A DNA stretch of 64,000 nt, taken from contig OZ076409.1 of assembly GCA_964187785.1 (NCBI GenBank), positions 77,626,001-77,690,000 of the forward strand, written 5' to 3'. The notes under the pieces were generated by a model. The model had not been told where the DNA came from, did no database searches, and was given only the letters and a program-made list of their open reading frames with translations. Made by a program: the position numbers and the translations under genes. Below, one piece after another: positions 1 to 13,200 of this stretch. The DNA is from Amphiscolops sp. MND2022 (Eukaryota). The first letter of the stretch is position 1. The number at the start of each line of letters is the position of its first letter.

Positions 1-664
1 TAAATCTAAATATAAAAAGTTGAATTATGTGTCAAATAAAACAAATAAAAATGATTTCAAGGTCACTTTAGTTAGTTGAATGTATGTTCTAACTAAATTA
101 ATGCTTTAAACAGATAGATAAAACAACGTGCTAAGTGGAGGTAATATCCATAGTCCTATTCACAGTGATTAGGAATTGCGCTGTCTGATTGGTTACCGTA
201 GTCTGGGGACCACCCTTCAACTGAGTCCAGCTTTGGAAAAATATATTGTATTAAAATATATTGACAATAAACAAAGAAAATGTATTAATTTTTAGTTTTG
301 TACAATACAATATATTCATCCCAGTGTAAAAACTTTAGCAAATCTTGATAAGAATGTAGGATATTCCTGGATTTCTTGGTAAGAATCTTGCCAAGAGTCT
401 TACCAAGAAGTCCACGAATTTGCAAGATCTTGCAAGATCGTGCCAAGAAATTAAAGAGATGAACTGACAAAAGTGAATGAAAACAATTAAAAACTGACCC
501 CAATAGCAGCTTGACCAGCGTACCTATTATGCCGCAGCTTTACGCGCTACCAACCAAGCTATCACGCTCTGAAATTCACTACACTTTCTGTTGTCCTATA
601 TCCAATACTTCAAAGAATGATAGTGTAGCTGGTAGTGCGAACACAGAAAAATACTTGTAAACAA

Positions 665-725
<61 letters not shown>

Positions 726-3255
726 TAGACTCTTTAGACGCTCGTTGGCTTTGGGACCTTGTTTTTGGTCTTTTCGGGTGATTTGAGGAATCGGTTAAGA
801 CTCCTGTCACCATGTTACGACTTACGTTCGTATCGTTGTTTTGGGTAGAATTAATTCTAACTGATTTTGTAGGGGTGTAGAAACTCCTCGTTTCATTCTC
901 CGTTTCTTCTTCGACATTTTCTCTTACGTTTTCTCTTGTTTCAGGTTTAAGAAGCCTTAGCATTTCCCTTTCAGACTCTACAAGGAAATTCTTGATTTCG
1001 GAAGTAATCTCTTCTTTTAAAGAAGCCTTAGACGTTCCAAGAAACTGTCTTCAATTCTGGTGGATTTTGGTTTAGACGGTCCCGCAACACTTACGTCCGG
1101 GTCTAAAGGACAAAAAGTTTCCACTACAACTGGTGAAAGAAAACCTTCACTTACACTTTCAATAGCTTCTTGTTTGTTGTTTCTTCTCTTTTGGCTTCTT
1201 GTAGTCGACATTTTGATGAAAAAAGATTTGTTTCAGATGAATTCAATTTATCTTCTGAGTATTTTTCAACAAAGTTGAATGATGTTAATTGAGAAAGAAT
1301 TAACAAGGTATAGAGCAACTAATTTTCGCAATTAGAAAAGACTGAGTCCCTTGATCAACAAAATGCATCGAATTTATATCCCCCTAGCATCATTTGATCA
1401 CAACTACGTTCCTAATATCCTTCAAACAAGTAGTCATTTTCTGTTTTTTCGGTGAAAAAATCATTATGTTCCCAAATTTGAGTCGACATTTTGTCAAATT
1501 TTGAGACACGGCAATCTTAATCTAGTATTAGTCATCAACCGTGATCATATCATTTCATTCCGGCGTCCTTTTGCTTCCTCCCAAGCAGGAAGTAGATATT
1601 ACCTTAGTCTGTCAAACCGGAAATATCGTTGAGAAGAGCACCTGTTCACATTTTCTACCATATCTATAAATCTAAATATAAAAAGTTGAATTATGTGTCA
1701 AATAAAACAAATAAAAATGATTTCAAGGTCACTTTAGTTAGTTGAATGTATGTTCTAACTAAATTAATGCTTTAAACAGATAGATAAAACAACGTGCTAA
1801 GTGGAGGTAATATCCATAGTCCTATTCACAGTGATTAGGAATTGCGCTGTCTGATTGGTTACCGTAGTCTGGGGACCACCCTTCAACTGAGTCCAGCTTT
1901 GGAAAACTATATTGTATTAAAATATATTGACAATAAACAAAGAAAATGTATTAATTTTTAGTTTTGTACAATACAATATATTCATCCCAGTGTAAAAAAC
2001 TTTAGCAAATCTTGATAAGAATGTAGGATATTCCTGGATTTCTTGGTAAGAATCTTGCCAAGAGTCTTACCAAGAAGTCCACGAATTTGCAAGATCTTGC
2101 AAGATCGTGCCAAGAAATTCAAGAGATGAACTGACAAAAGTGAATGAAAACAATTAAAAACTGACCCCAATAGCAGCTTGACCAGCGTACTTATTATGCC
2201 GCAGCTTTACGCGCTACCAACCAAGCTATCACGCTCTGAAATTCACTACACTTTCTGTTGTCCTATATCCAATACTTCAAAGAATGATAGTGTAGCTGGT
2301 AGTGCGAACACAGAAAAATACTTGTAAACAAAATTTTATATATATATATATATGAATAGACTCTTTAGACGCTCGTTGGCTTTGGGACCTTGTTTTTGGT
2401 CTTTTCGGGTGATTTGAGGAATCGGTTAAGACTCCTGTCACCATGTTACGACTTACGTTCGTATCGTTGTTTTGGGTAGAATTAATTCTAACTGATTTTG
2501 TAGGGGTGTAGAAACTCCTCGTTTCATTCTCCGTTTCTTCTTCGACATTTTCTCTTACGTTTTCTCTTGTTTCAGGTTTAAGAAGCCTTAGCATTTCCCT
2601 TTCAGACTCTACAAGGAAATTCTTGATTTCGGAAGTAATCTCTTCTTTTAAAGAAGCCTTAGACGTTCCAAGAAACTGTCTTCAATTCTGGTGGATTTTG
2701 GTTTAGACGGTCCCGCAACACTTACGTCCGGGTCTAAAGGACAAAAAGTTTCCACTACAACTGGTGAAAGAAAACCTTCACTTACACTTTTAATAGCTTC
2801 TTGTTTGTTGTTTCTTCTCTTTTGGCTTCTTGTAGTCGACATTTTGATGAAAAAAGATTTGTTTCAGATGAATTCAATTTATCTTCTGAGTATTTTTCAA
2901 CAAAGTTGAATGATGTTAATTGAGAAAGAATTAACAAGGTATAGAGCAACTAATTTTCGCAATTAGAAAAGACTGAGTCCCTTGATCAACAAAATGCATC
3001 GTATTTATATCCCTTTAGCATCATTTGATCACAACTACGTTCCTAATATCCTTCAAACAAGTAGTCATTTTCTGTTTTTGCGGTGAAAAAATCATTATGT
3101 TCCCAAATTTGAGTCGACATTTTGTCAAATTTTGAGACACGGCAATCTTAATCTAGTATTAGTCATCAACCGTGATCATATCATTTCATTCCGGCGTCCT
3201 TTTGCTTCCTCCCAAGCAGGAAGTAGATATTACCTTAGTCTGTCAAACCGGAAAT
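1..3255. repeat. Near-identical ~1.63-1.67 kb tandem duplication (flank + (TA)n + gag fragment/PBS + part of family-1 LTR)
   Basis: TAAATCTAAATATAAAAAGTTG at 1 recurs at 1667. The ORF track is duplicated (610-963 vs 2277-2594; 1017-1211 vs 2648-2842). Copy 1 breaks off at GTCAAACCGGAAAT ~1624, while copy 2 continues into the full LTR. Confidence 0.92.
670..722. repeat. (TA)n microsatellite; shorter copy at ~2337-2353
   Basis: Perfect TA dinucleotide run. It marks the point where the gag fragment downstream of the PBS is cut off. Confidence 0.97.
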
Positions 3256-4768
3256 GTTTCCCTGTTTTTCTGCTTTGGTTTGTAGGAAAATTGACGCGGA
3301 GATGACCCTGACGTGAACAACTAATACCTGATTTTGAAATTCAACTTGAGAAATTATGACTAATTATCATGATTCAGGCAATTTGATGATGCTAAGAGAG
3401 TAAAAGGGATCAGATTTCCGTTAACTGTAAAAGGGATCAGATTTCCGTTAACTGTATTTAATTTAACAAATTAGCACGCATAGTCCCTATTTTTAAATAG
3501 GTAAAATCATAGTCAAACGTATTGATAACGTCAAATTAGGTCAGCTTCAACAATAACGTCAAACAGTAACAGCAACTCCAAACGATAATACACTTGGTTA
3601 AAGTCCTAAATATGTAATCGCAACAACACTAGATAAAAGCGTATCAAAATACAAATGCAGCACTATAAAAATATGGTTCCATCTCCAGAATATTAAAGCA
3701 TTGAATTTCTTTGGGACTTTAAGACGACGTTTGTTTGTATGAAATAGCGCCAGGAGTTTACATTGAGTATTACAAAATACACATTTATGAAGTGTTCTTC
3801 GGAATAAACTGTGACTTCTATCTTGAATGATATGGGAAAGTTCCATTCAAACTATATCTTAATAATAATATCTCAGTTGGAAATTTAGTTGACGGCAGTC
3901 GGATGTTATCTCGAATGTCTTTTCCTTCTATCCTAATTTTGATCGAATCTATAACTGCATGACGCTCCCAAGCCTAGACCATTAAAAACAGCGTTTACTT
4001 CATCATTCTAGTTGGATCAAATCGGTTATTTCGATAGATTGTGGACCTAACGTGGACGTACGTATTAGTATTAGCCTTAGTCCACCAGTACACAAGACGT
4101 AGCGTGGACGTAAATTTGGAATGAAAATCAGTTGTCTACCATCGCTGTGACGTCATATTGGCGGAAAGCTGGAATGATTTCTAATAAGGACAGTAATATA
4201 GGCGGATAAATCTCTAGTGAGCATAGTGACGTCAATTGGTATACCTTCAAATCTTATCTGCGTCTTACTGACGACAAATGTACATGTATCCTTGTTTCTA
4301 CCGCCGCCTTGTTTACTTAACGCAATATTGTCGTCCTAAACCACACTAATTGCTGTTCAAAGTGCAATTAAGCTGCCTTTCTTAGAAAAGGCTCAATTTC
4401 CTCGGCGTGATATCTCAATGTAATTTCTGTTTTAGATCTGATTGATGTTCTTTTGGAAATTATTTTGGATTTGTTTTCATTTAGAATAGCTTATGATCTC
4501 CTTACTTTAAAACGTGTATTAATTTAGTTTTCAGGTGACGAATGTTACTATTTTGACGTGACTGAAACGTCTTGCCGGAAATTATTTTAGTTCATTTTAC
4601 TTTCTATTTTCATTTTCGTTTGAGATTTGCGCAATGCGGACATATATTTTGCATTCCTAGTCACAGTTTATTTTAAATTCAAGTTTAAAGTTTTTAGTTA
4701 ATAACCGAAATACCATCTTGGGAAACGTAGGCTGCAGCAACATCCCAGACCGGGAGCGGGCTGTGACA
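2444..4768 (-). repeat. 3' LTR of element A (2325 bp)
   Basis: On the minus strand it begins TGTCACAGCCCGCTCCCGG (element B: TGTCACGACCCGCTCCCGG) and ends AGTCGTAACA. It is preceded by purine-rich GAGGAGTGGCCC and matches 16161-17526. Confidence 0.88.
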
Positions 4769-5408
4769 GGGCCACTCCTCTGGGGAAAACACCTCTTCCA
4801 GGCAGACGAGGCAAGAGCGTCATTGAAGATGATTCTGTCCTGGGGGCTGTTGTTACGTCTGGTTCGCGTGGTTCCTCTAGGTCGTTCACCGGGCTTGCGT
4901 GCAAAAAAAAATCATCTTCTTTGATGTGCCAGGCGGGGTTTCGAAGTATGAGGTCGAGTCTTCCTGTCTGACTTGCTCCAAGTATTCTAACACCCTGCTA
5001 CTTGTTTTTGACTCTTCGTGGTTGGAGGGTTCTTCTTCCACAATGAACACATCGGAACACAAGCCCTCATCTGGACTTTCTGGGCTGTCTCGTAGTCCTT
5101 CATCTCGGCGTTTATCATGATTTGCTTCGGGAACGCTGGGCTGGGTTTCTAGGGTGTCTAGGCTGGAGTTGAGTCTCATCCATTTACAGCTCGACTCGAG
5201 GGAGTCCGTCGAAATGTCGAAGCATTCTTCTTCGTCTGCTGTCGCCTCTGCTGGAGAGTGTGGCACGAATGTGGAAAATCTCAAGCACTATCCTGTAGTT
5301 AGGGATATATTTTCGTGAGAGGGGCGTAGAGGCTCTCTCCAAGAAGTCTTCTTCATCTTCACTCGAAGTAATATCTGTTAGCTCGAAGACATTTTCATAG
5401 CTGTTCAT
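4698..5408 (-). pseudogene. Frameshifted acidic/Ser-rich sense ORF ('ORF3') of element A, running through the PPT into the LTR
   Basis: Overlapping ORF pieces 5408-5184, 5284-4886 and 4904-4698. The start MNSYENVFELTDITSSEDEE resembles MNNYSLVIDISSDEE at the same position in B. Confidence 0.5.
4769..4780 (-). promoter_or_regulatory. Polypurine tract of element A
   Basis: GAGGAGTGGCCC lies immediately 5' of the LTR TG. The equivalent in B is AAGAGGGGCCC. Confidence 0.65.
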
Positions 5409-5879
5409 CTTTGTATTTGTTCCTTTTGCCTTGAAGATGTACTAGTCAATGCGATAAATTGTTCCACAATGAATTTAGGATTATTTAGGAGAAGGAGAAT
5501 ATTGGGATAAATCCCTCTATTCTGATTGGTTGAACAATCATTTTAATCATTTCCTAATCCCAGGTATTAACGCTTTGCCAACGTCGCGTTTTAATTGGCT
5601 GCAAATTAAATATTTCGCTTGACCAATTTTGTCAACTTTATGCTGAGGTCAATTTCGTTAGCTTAGCTAACTTTTGGATCTGTTACCGTTTTGACGACGT
5701 CATTTTAGATTATAGCATTAATTTCTTAACCCTAATAACCTTTTTGTCGACGTAATGCCGACTTCATTTTCGTTGGTTATTTTCCAACTTTTGGTTTTTG
5801 TCACCGTTTTGATGACGTCGATTTTGAAGGTCGTTTTCACTTTAATTTGTTTCTGTTCCAGATTCTCAGTCATCTTACG

Positions 5880-8800
5880 ATGAGTTCCCGTCCTGGTACT
5901 CCCCCGGCCTTCAATCCCGGTGCACAAAGCGGTCACGCGACACAGTTTGTGTTTTCGGAGAGTGATATGCGGCACAGTGATGCAGATAAAGTTCATCTTG
6001 TTACGGCTGGTAGGTTCATCATTCCCTGATCCATTAGGCTTTTGTGAAATATACACTGTAACAGATGGGCCTTCTCTGTAGTTGTATTCTCACAGCTTAG
6101 ATTTTCTTGACATGTAGATTATGGGAATGAGTTCTTTGAGCTTCCAGTGCAGGTTTAGTTTCTTCTGTCCGCAATGATGACGTTATTGCCGCTCCTGGTT
6201 TGGCTACAGCTCTGCTTTCTGGTGTTGTTGAGACTTTCAGTGAGATGCTTTCTCCAGCTGTTGAGCGTGAAGCTCCCAACACAACAGCACCAATTCAGGG
6301 CAGTTCCGATTCGTCTCCGTTAGTTCTTGCTTCTGGTACCGGACAATCGGCCCCTCAGGTCGCCTGCTTGGTTTCTCTCGTTGATTCTTCTCATGGAGGT
6401 GAGGTTGTTTGCCCCCACCCCGGAGAAGGAGGCAAAACTCCCAAGGGGCGGGACAAGGGCGACGAAGAAGGGGTGACAGCCAAAGTGTCCTGTACGATAG
6501 GTTCTCCACGTTTCACTTCTTTTATCCCGGAATTCACGGAGACTGTTTATAAATTAGCTGCCTCTAGAGCTGCAAAGCAAGGTTCTTTGGATATTTTATG
6601 TTTGAGTATAGTCTGTCTTTATTTATTGTCATTTGGCATTGTGATGTATTGTGTCCGGTTTTGTAAGATAGACGCCATGTCCCAAGGATGTTGTTGCTGA
6701 GTCGGCAACTGGAAAGCAACGACGTACCGTTCACCTGACGTTTGGCTCTCAGCCTGCGCAACACCGGTCTCATTCAAGTCACGAGCAGGAGACTGGGGGA
6801 ATGACGTCATTTTGTACGCCCCAACAAGCAGCGAAGTTTGGAGAGTTGGTTGGCACGGAGGACGGAGCCCGAGCAGTAGAGCCATTTGTCGCCCGTTAGT
6901 ATATTTCATGATTCGCTGCTCGTTTGGATGTTGTTTGTGTGAGATCGTTGTTAATACGTGTTGCAGTGTCGGGGGTCATAATCATTGGTATTTCTCTTGT
7001 TTAACCCTTATTGTTGTGTTGCAGGTTTTGAAGAGTTATTGTCGCAGGTAGAGACGAGTCTGGAAGGTGCTGGATCTTCACGACGTCGGACACACGTCTA
7101 TAGTTCGCGGAATCGACTCCGCCGCAATATGGTAGCAAACCACCCTGTGTTCGAATTGTTCGTTAGTGGATCCAGTACTGGAGTGGATACTGCCTTTTAT
7201 TGTACGATCTGCCAGCGTGATGTCTCAATTGAATCCAAGGGCTTGAGAGGTCACTCGTCATTTTTCGAGTGATAGTCATTGGCAACGCGATATTTCTTAT
7301 CGTGTGCACTCAGGGTTGCCAGTGTTCAACAAATTGCTCGATCCCATGGTGATGTCGCCAGCTCAGGAGAACGGATACCTAGCGCGTCCTTTCAGGGAGA
7401 AGCCTGAAGGTTTCAGTTTTCCCGAGGACTTGATACCGTCTTGCAGTCGTGAGGACTCGAGTGTGCCGCTGATGACAATGGTAAGTTGTCTTGTGGAGTT
7501 GCTCCGCTGTGGAGGCAGTTATCTTCTGCTCCGTAAACTATGGGGGTATTTCCGGCTACCCTGAGCAGTGGGAATCCTCTGTACAATCTGGCGTGGAGTC
7601 GACAAGAATCCTTGGTGAGTAAGATATTTGTTTAATTTCGATGTTTCCGCTTTACCATCGTGGGCTTTCTCTTGTCATGTTGCGGATTTCTTTGTTGTTT
7701 TAACAGGCGTTGATTTGTCGTGCCTTGTACCCGTGTGTGTTGCGTGCGTTATTCGCCAGAGTTGATACTTTTGGGCAGTACAGTGTCTGTTTCGAGGATC
7801 ACGATGATGGTCAGTATTGTATTGTACGCACATGGGAGAAAAATGTCTTGCTGGAGGTATGTGCGAGTGTGGAGCCTCTTGGTCAGGTCATTCCTGCTGC
7901 TGAATTTGCTGCTCTTTCTCGCGTTGTCAGTTGTTTGCCTCCATCTCAGATGCCTGTTGCTATTCTCGGCGTCAGTCAGTCGATCACCCGTGTCTTAAGC
8001 GACAACCGCGAAGATGGCCAACGATTTGTGTTCTGTAGGGAGTTCACTTGTGATATTTTCATGCGTTGCTTCCGACAGGCACAACAAGAAATCTTTGGCA
8101 TGTTAGAAGTGACTACCATGGTAGACTTTCTTATGCTCCGATTAAAAGGCGCTTTATACGAGCCCTGGATGGAAGATGTACCTCAAATCCGTCGCTGTGT
8201 CATCGCTGGACGGGTGCTGTTGGATGAGCTCAAAGGGGTCGTCAAGAAGCTGATTGAAGTGTGGAACTCAGTTCGTGAAATTGTTCGCTTCACTGGACCT
8301 CGGCATATCAAGAGCGAATATGATCGAGTAAGTCCTTTGGTTTCTCTTTCTCTTTGTTTTTTTTTGTTCAGGGATAACGGTCGGCAGTCGTCAGAGTAGT
8401 GGATCGTAGATGGTTCTAGTGGGATGGGGGGCTGATTATATTGTACGGCTTTGGTTATGCTATTGTCTTTGTATTTGATTTAGATGCGAGGCACTGACTG
8501 TTTGGTCAATTCGGAGACGACGAACAAGTTCCGGCTGAGTCTTCTTCTACACATTCTAGAATTGTGTTAGTGAATTACACTTGTTTATTTGTTTGTGTCG
8601 TCGTCTGCTTTCGTTATGGGTGAGGCTTGTCATGGCAAGTGGGGGAGGGAGGAGAAAGGAAAAAAGGAAAGGCCAACAAGGGTTCTGTTGGGATTGATTG
8701 TAATTTGGGTTTGTTAGTTATATTTGTAAAAGTAGGGCAATTAGGTGGTTGTGTATATGTAGTCCTCTTTCCTTTAGTTCGTTATGTGTTGTTTTAGATC

Positions 8801-10065
8801 ATTGTACTTTCAAAAAACAGCGGGCAGCTCGGACAGATTACGGGTTCCATTGTTACATGGAGTTGTGTCAGTTTGTCTTCTGTTTGCTTTCTCGAAGTCG
8901 TAAGATAAGCGCCATGCCAAATATGAACGACTGGGATGCCTATATGAGCGTAGAAAAAAGTTGCCAGCATCGATAAAGTGAGCACCGATGACTTTTTGAC
9001 TTCCCACGAGTTTGGTGAAGAACTGCGACGTTGTGGGACTGAAAGTGCTCGAGAGTTTCTGAACCGGAGCCGTGAGTTTATCGATCGTTTGGTAGACCTC
9101 ATCTTGGAGTTTCTTCTGGTATCGGCTGATTTACTGCAGGGCGTTTATGCTTTCTGCCCCGAGCTTATGTTGGAAGGTGACAACCAGAGTGTTTTTCAAT
9201 TTTTCAGCAAATTATTGCGTGAATTTGAGCGAAGTGGAAGTTTGTCATCAGAGGTTGATAATGCCAGTTCCGAAGAGTTTACGACGTACGTCATTGCTGT
9301 CCGAGCTCGTCATTGTGATTCTGGGGCTCTTGCTGAGGAAATATCTGATGTGGTTCAGTATCTTCTGAACGACTATTGTTTTGCTGCTCGACGTCACTTG
9401 TGCCAGGTATTGAAACTGTGCTGCCTGGTGTTGGACAGACCTCATTCTGCTCCTCCGCGAGTCATGATCGATTTGTCTGGATGTAAGGTGTCTCCGATTG
9501 TCATTTCGTCCGCGTTATCTTGTGTAAAGAGTTATGTGTTGTCGTCGAGTTATCAGCAAGGGGCATTTTTTACTCAAGCTACTATGGTTGCCGTTCGAGG
9601 TGCTTTATCCGATACACGCAGTTTTATGTCAGATGCAGATTTTGATCCATGGTCTGCTATTTAGATTACTGATCGGAATATTTTTGTCTCTCGTTACTCT
9701 GTTCTGTTCGAGAAGTATCTTGCCAAGAAGAAGAAGGAAGTCGATTCATAAATTTATGAGTCTAATCGCCGTAGTCGGCAGTCTGGTACTTCTGCAGTAC
9801 GATCTGGCTCCGGCAAGTCTCAGTCAGGCGCTGAGGCTAGTGCTGCTGAATCTGTTGTAGCGTCTTCATGTGATCCGTCTAGTTGCGTTGCGTCAGTGGT
9901 TTCTGGATCTGGGGAGGAAAACGGAAGAAGGTGCGTGACAGCTTATCCACATTGCTTGGCCAGAAGAGATCTGAAAAGGAAGTCGGTGGGTCTGCGTTAA
10001 AGACTGTAGTTAAGCGGAAAGGAGGAATTTCAAAGAAGTCGGGAGGTAGTCAGAAATCGAAATAA
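5880..10065 (+). pseudogene. Antisense, intron-containing zinc-finger protein gene carried by element A (frameshifted)
   Basis: Exon-by-exon similarity to 27625-31455 of B. GT-AG introns at 7615-7706, 8328-8483 and 8566-8797, plus an acceptor TTGCAG at 7024. Motif FYCTICQRDVSIESKG...H. Lys-rich C-terminus. AATAAA at ~10219. Confidence 0.8.
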
Positions 10066-10266
10066 CTGTAGTTGGCTGTTGTAATTTTGTGACGAACTTG
10101 GTATTGTGTAGTTTGTATTTATCACTTGTTACAATTTTGTTCCTGTTTTCCTCTTGGGTGGTGCCTGTTGGCATGTTGGTGCCGAAAAACAACATTAGAT
10201 GGGCCGTAGTATGGTTATAAATAAAAATTGTCAAGTCGGTTCGGTTTGGACTCCTGATACTATCTT

Positions 10267-13200
10267 TTATTGAGTCGTAGCCATAGCGTCAAGTCGTCTG
10301 TGGTCAGGATTAGCATTAGGTTGAGGAGTAGGTCTCAAGTTGTACTTTGCTATTTTTCTCGGGTTATATCCGACGGTTGTAGGTGGCGATCTTGGGGGAA
10401 CAGGTGGACTCTCAATGGTTGGGGGCCGTCGTATGTATGGATTATCCCCCACGTCTGTAGTAAGGTTCGAAAAATCCGGGGGCGACGGCGCTGCGTCATT
10501 TGTGTCTTCAGTCGGATTGTTTGGTACTTGTTGCGTCTTCGTTTCGTCATGTGTGTTGGCCACTTCTTGTGTCACTCCGTGTTGGTTGTGTTCCGCACAT
10601 TCTAGCGTCTCATGTTCGTCAATCTGCTTTCCAAAATCCATTTCCCACGAAACTGCGTACTCACTCATTGTGCGACACCTTGACGTCTGGATCGGGAAGA
10701 TATTCGTTTGCTCGTACAGTGACGTCAGGCATCCATTGTTCTGGTACGTAAGGTCGTATACGGATTCTGTGTAGTATTGTGTTTTTGAGTAGTATTGTTT
10801 GTGTTATCTCGTGCTAATTTTTCGTATTGTGTAGTTATTATTTGAGAGCACTTTTATCACTACGTACCTCCCTGTCCAGATGCAATCTTGAAATGCGAAT
10901 TTTGTCGATTGATTGTCGGCCTTCGGATTATGGATGTAGCAGTAATCGTTTATTTTGAGCGGAGCTGAAGACGCTTTGCGGTCGTAGTATTTTTTGTATT
11001 TGAGGTAAGACAGCATGATATTGTCCTTTGCTGTCGCTCGCACTTCGTCAAATTTTTTTTGTAGTCGCTCTGCTATATCTGATTAAGGCGTAGTTTTCAA
11101 CTTTGGCTTGATGCCTAACTTTAGGTCAAGAACGTTGTAGGGTATGCGTCCGTGGAATATCGTGGATGGTTCGGACCTTAGAGTTTCATGATACGTTGTA
11201 TTATAGTTCATGACTGCAATTTGTACATATTTGTGCCACATTGAACGTCTTTCATCTGTCGATATTTTTAGTGCGGTTTTGATTGAGGCGTGTGTTCTTT
11301 CCAAAATTCCAATCGTTTGGGCATGTTTTGTAGACGCGTGGCTGATTTGGATTTCGAGTATTTGCGTTATTTCTGTGACGACTTCTGATCTGAATTGTGA
11401 ACCTTTATCTGATAGAATCAGTGTTGGTAGGTATGCATGTCTTGTCATGACGTCGACAATGCATCGTCTAACTGTTCGTGCTGTGGCATTCTGTGCTGGA
11501 TATGCGAATAAGTATCGCGAAAATTCATCGATCAACGTTACGATGTTCTGGTATCCCGCAGAATTCGATAGATTCGGCAGTATGTCGATTTCGAGAATGT
11601 CTTTCGGTCCAAGACGTGTTCTGTATTGTTGATCATTTTCGGTCGGATTTGGCTTTTGTGGATTCTTTTGTATTTGATGCAGTCTTCACTTTGCATTACC
11701 CACTGTTTGATTTTTTTTGCTAGTCCGAGGTGATAATATTTTGATCTGCATTCCTGGATCATTTTTGTGATCCCAGGGTGTTTTCCCATTTGTCCGTGAA
11801 TGGCTTTCAGAAGTTCTATGATTAGATGTTCAGGGATTAATATTTGGTGATGTGTGACTTGTCCACATTCCCCGTAGTATTTGAGCATTAGGATGCCATC
11901 TTTGACTATTAGTCTATTTTCGTGGACTAAAAGACGCTTGGTTGTCGGATCAGTTTGTAGGAGATGTTTGTCATGTTCTTCACATATCAGTTTCCTTTCT
12001 ATTGTTTTGAAGACTAGGTCTGAGTCTTGTTCTACTCTGATGCGCGCATCTTCTTTTATTGCCCCAAAGGTGTATGATGCCTTGTATATCGGAATGGGGT
12101 GGTTTCTTGTGTGGCCAGTTTTATTTTTGTCGTTATTTTGTCGCGCGCATTTTGTCTAGCTTGCTCTTCCTGCAAAAGGATTTCTTCTTCAGTTTCAATT
12201 GTTTCATCTGGAAGGAAGAAAAGTTGTTCTTCATCTGCGACGTCTGTAAATTGCAGGTTTACTTGGATTGGTTGAATTGTGACGTCGTCTCTGATCTTTA
12301 GTCCAACTCTTTCTTTGGGGTTGAGGTCAATCCTTGATAGAAAATCAGCCGTTGTATTTTGCGTTCCCGCTACGTGCATGATGTGAAAATTGAATTGGAG
12401 CACGTAATCGCATGCATTCCATAGTGTCGGAGAATCGCTTTTGTTTAGAAAAACCTCGTTACCGATCTATTGTCGGTCATTACAAGAGTTCGTAGAGTTG
12501 TTTCTAACAAGATATGGCTGTATTCTAGAAAAACATGGTAGATTGCCAAGAATTCTTTACAGTAAATTGACATTTTCAGTTGTGCTAGTGAAAACACCTT
12601 TGAACCGAATGCTACAGGGGCAAAAATTTTCTTTTTGGAATTGAGTTTTTTGTCTTTGTCTTCTTCAATCAAAAGTGCATACCCTGAGGCGCGAAAGCTA
12701 GCGTCCGTCATTCGGACGTATTGGCGTCCTGTGATTGGTTGTTTGAGGGCCGATCAGCAGGCTTCCGCTAGCGCTGCGTTGATCGCTATGTAGTTGTCTA
12801 GCAATTCCTCTGTTACTTTGATCTGTTTGTCTGCTTCCAGTAGTTCGTAGAAGCCAAGAAATTTTTCTGACAACCGCGGGATGTAGTTGCGGCAATAGTT
12901 AACAAAGCCTATGTATCTTTGCACTTTTTTCTTGGATTTCGGGAATCGCACGTTTGCTAAGAATTTTATGATTTTATGGTGTTGGGGGCGATCCCTTGCG
13001 TGTTATGGTGCTATGGTCCTTCCAAGAAATTCGACCTCGGTTACTCCAAAATGGCATTTGTCGATGGATAGTTTGAGTCCTGCTTGTCTGATGCATTCGA
13101 AGACAGCTCGTATGTTTCGTATCAGTTGCGTCACCGAATTGGCGGCTATTCCAATGTCATCCACGTATTGCGCGCACTGGTCGGCTTTAATTACTTTTTC

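Noticed and set aside
330..450. CAAGA(A)TCTTG repeats as a regulatory array
   Set aside because: A short degenerate palindromic repeat, probably inside a small non-autonomous element. I could not establish boundaries or a TSD.
610..963. 117-aa ORF with YIYIYI run as a gene
   Set aside because: It is an LTR/gag fragment reading into a (TA)n microsatellite.
5880..10065. Host gene into which retroelements inserted
   Set aside because: Its homolog in B lies between two LTRs with an intact TSD, at the same position and orientation relative to pol, so it is element cargo.
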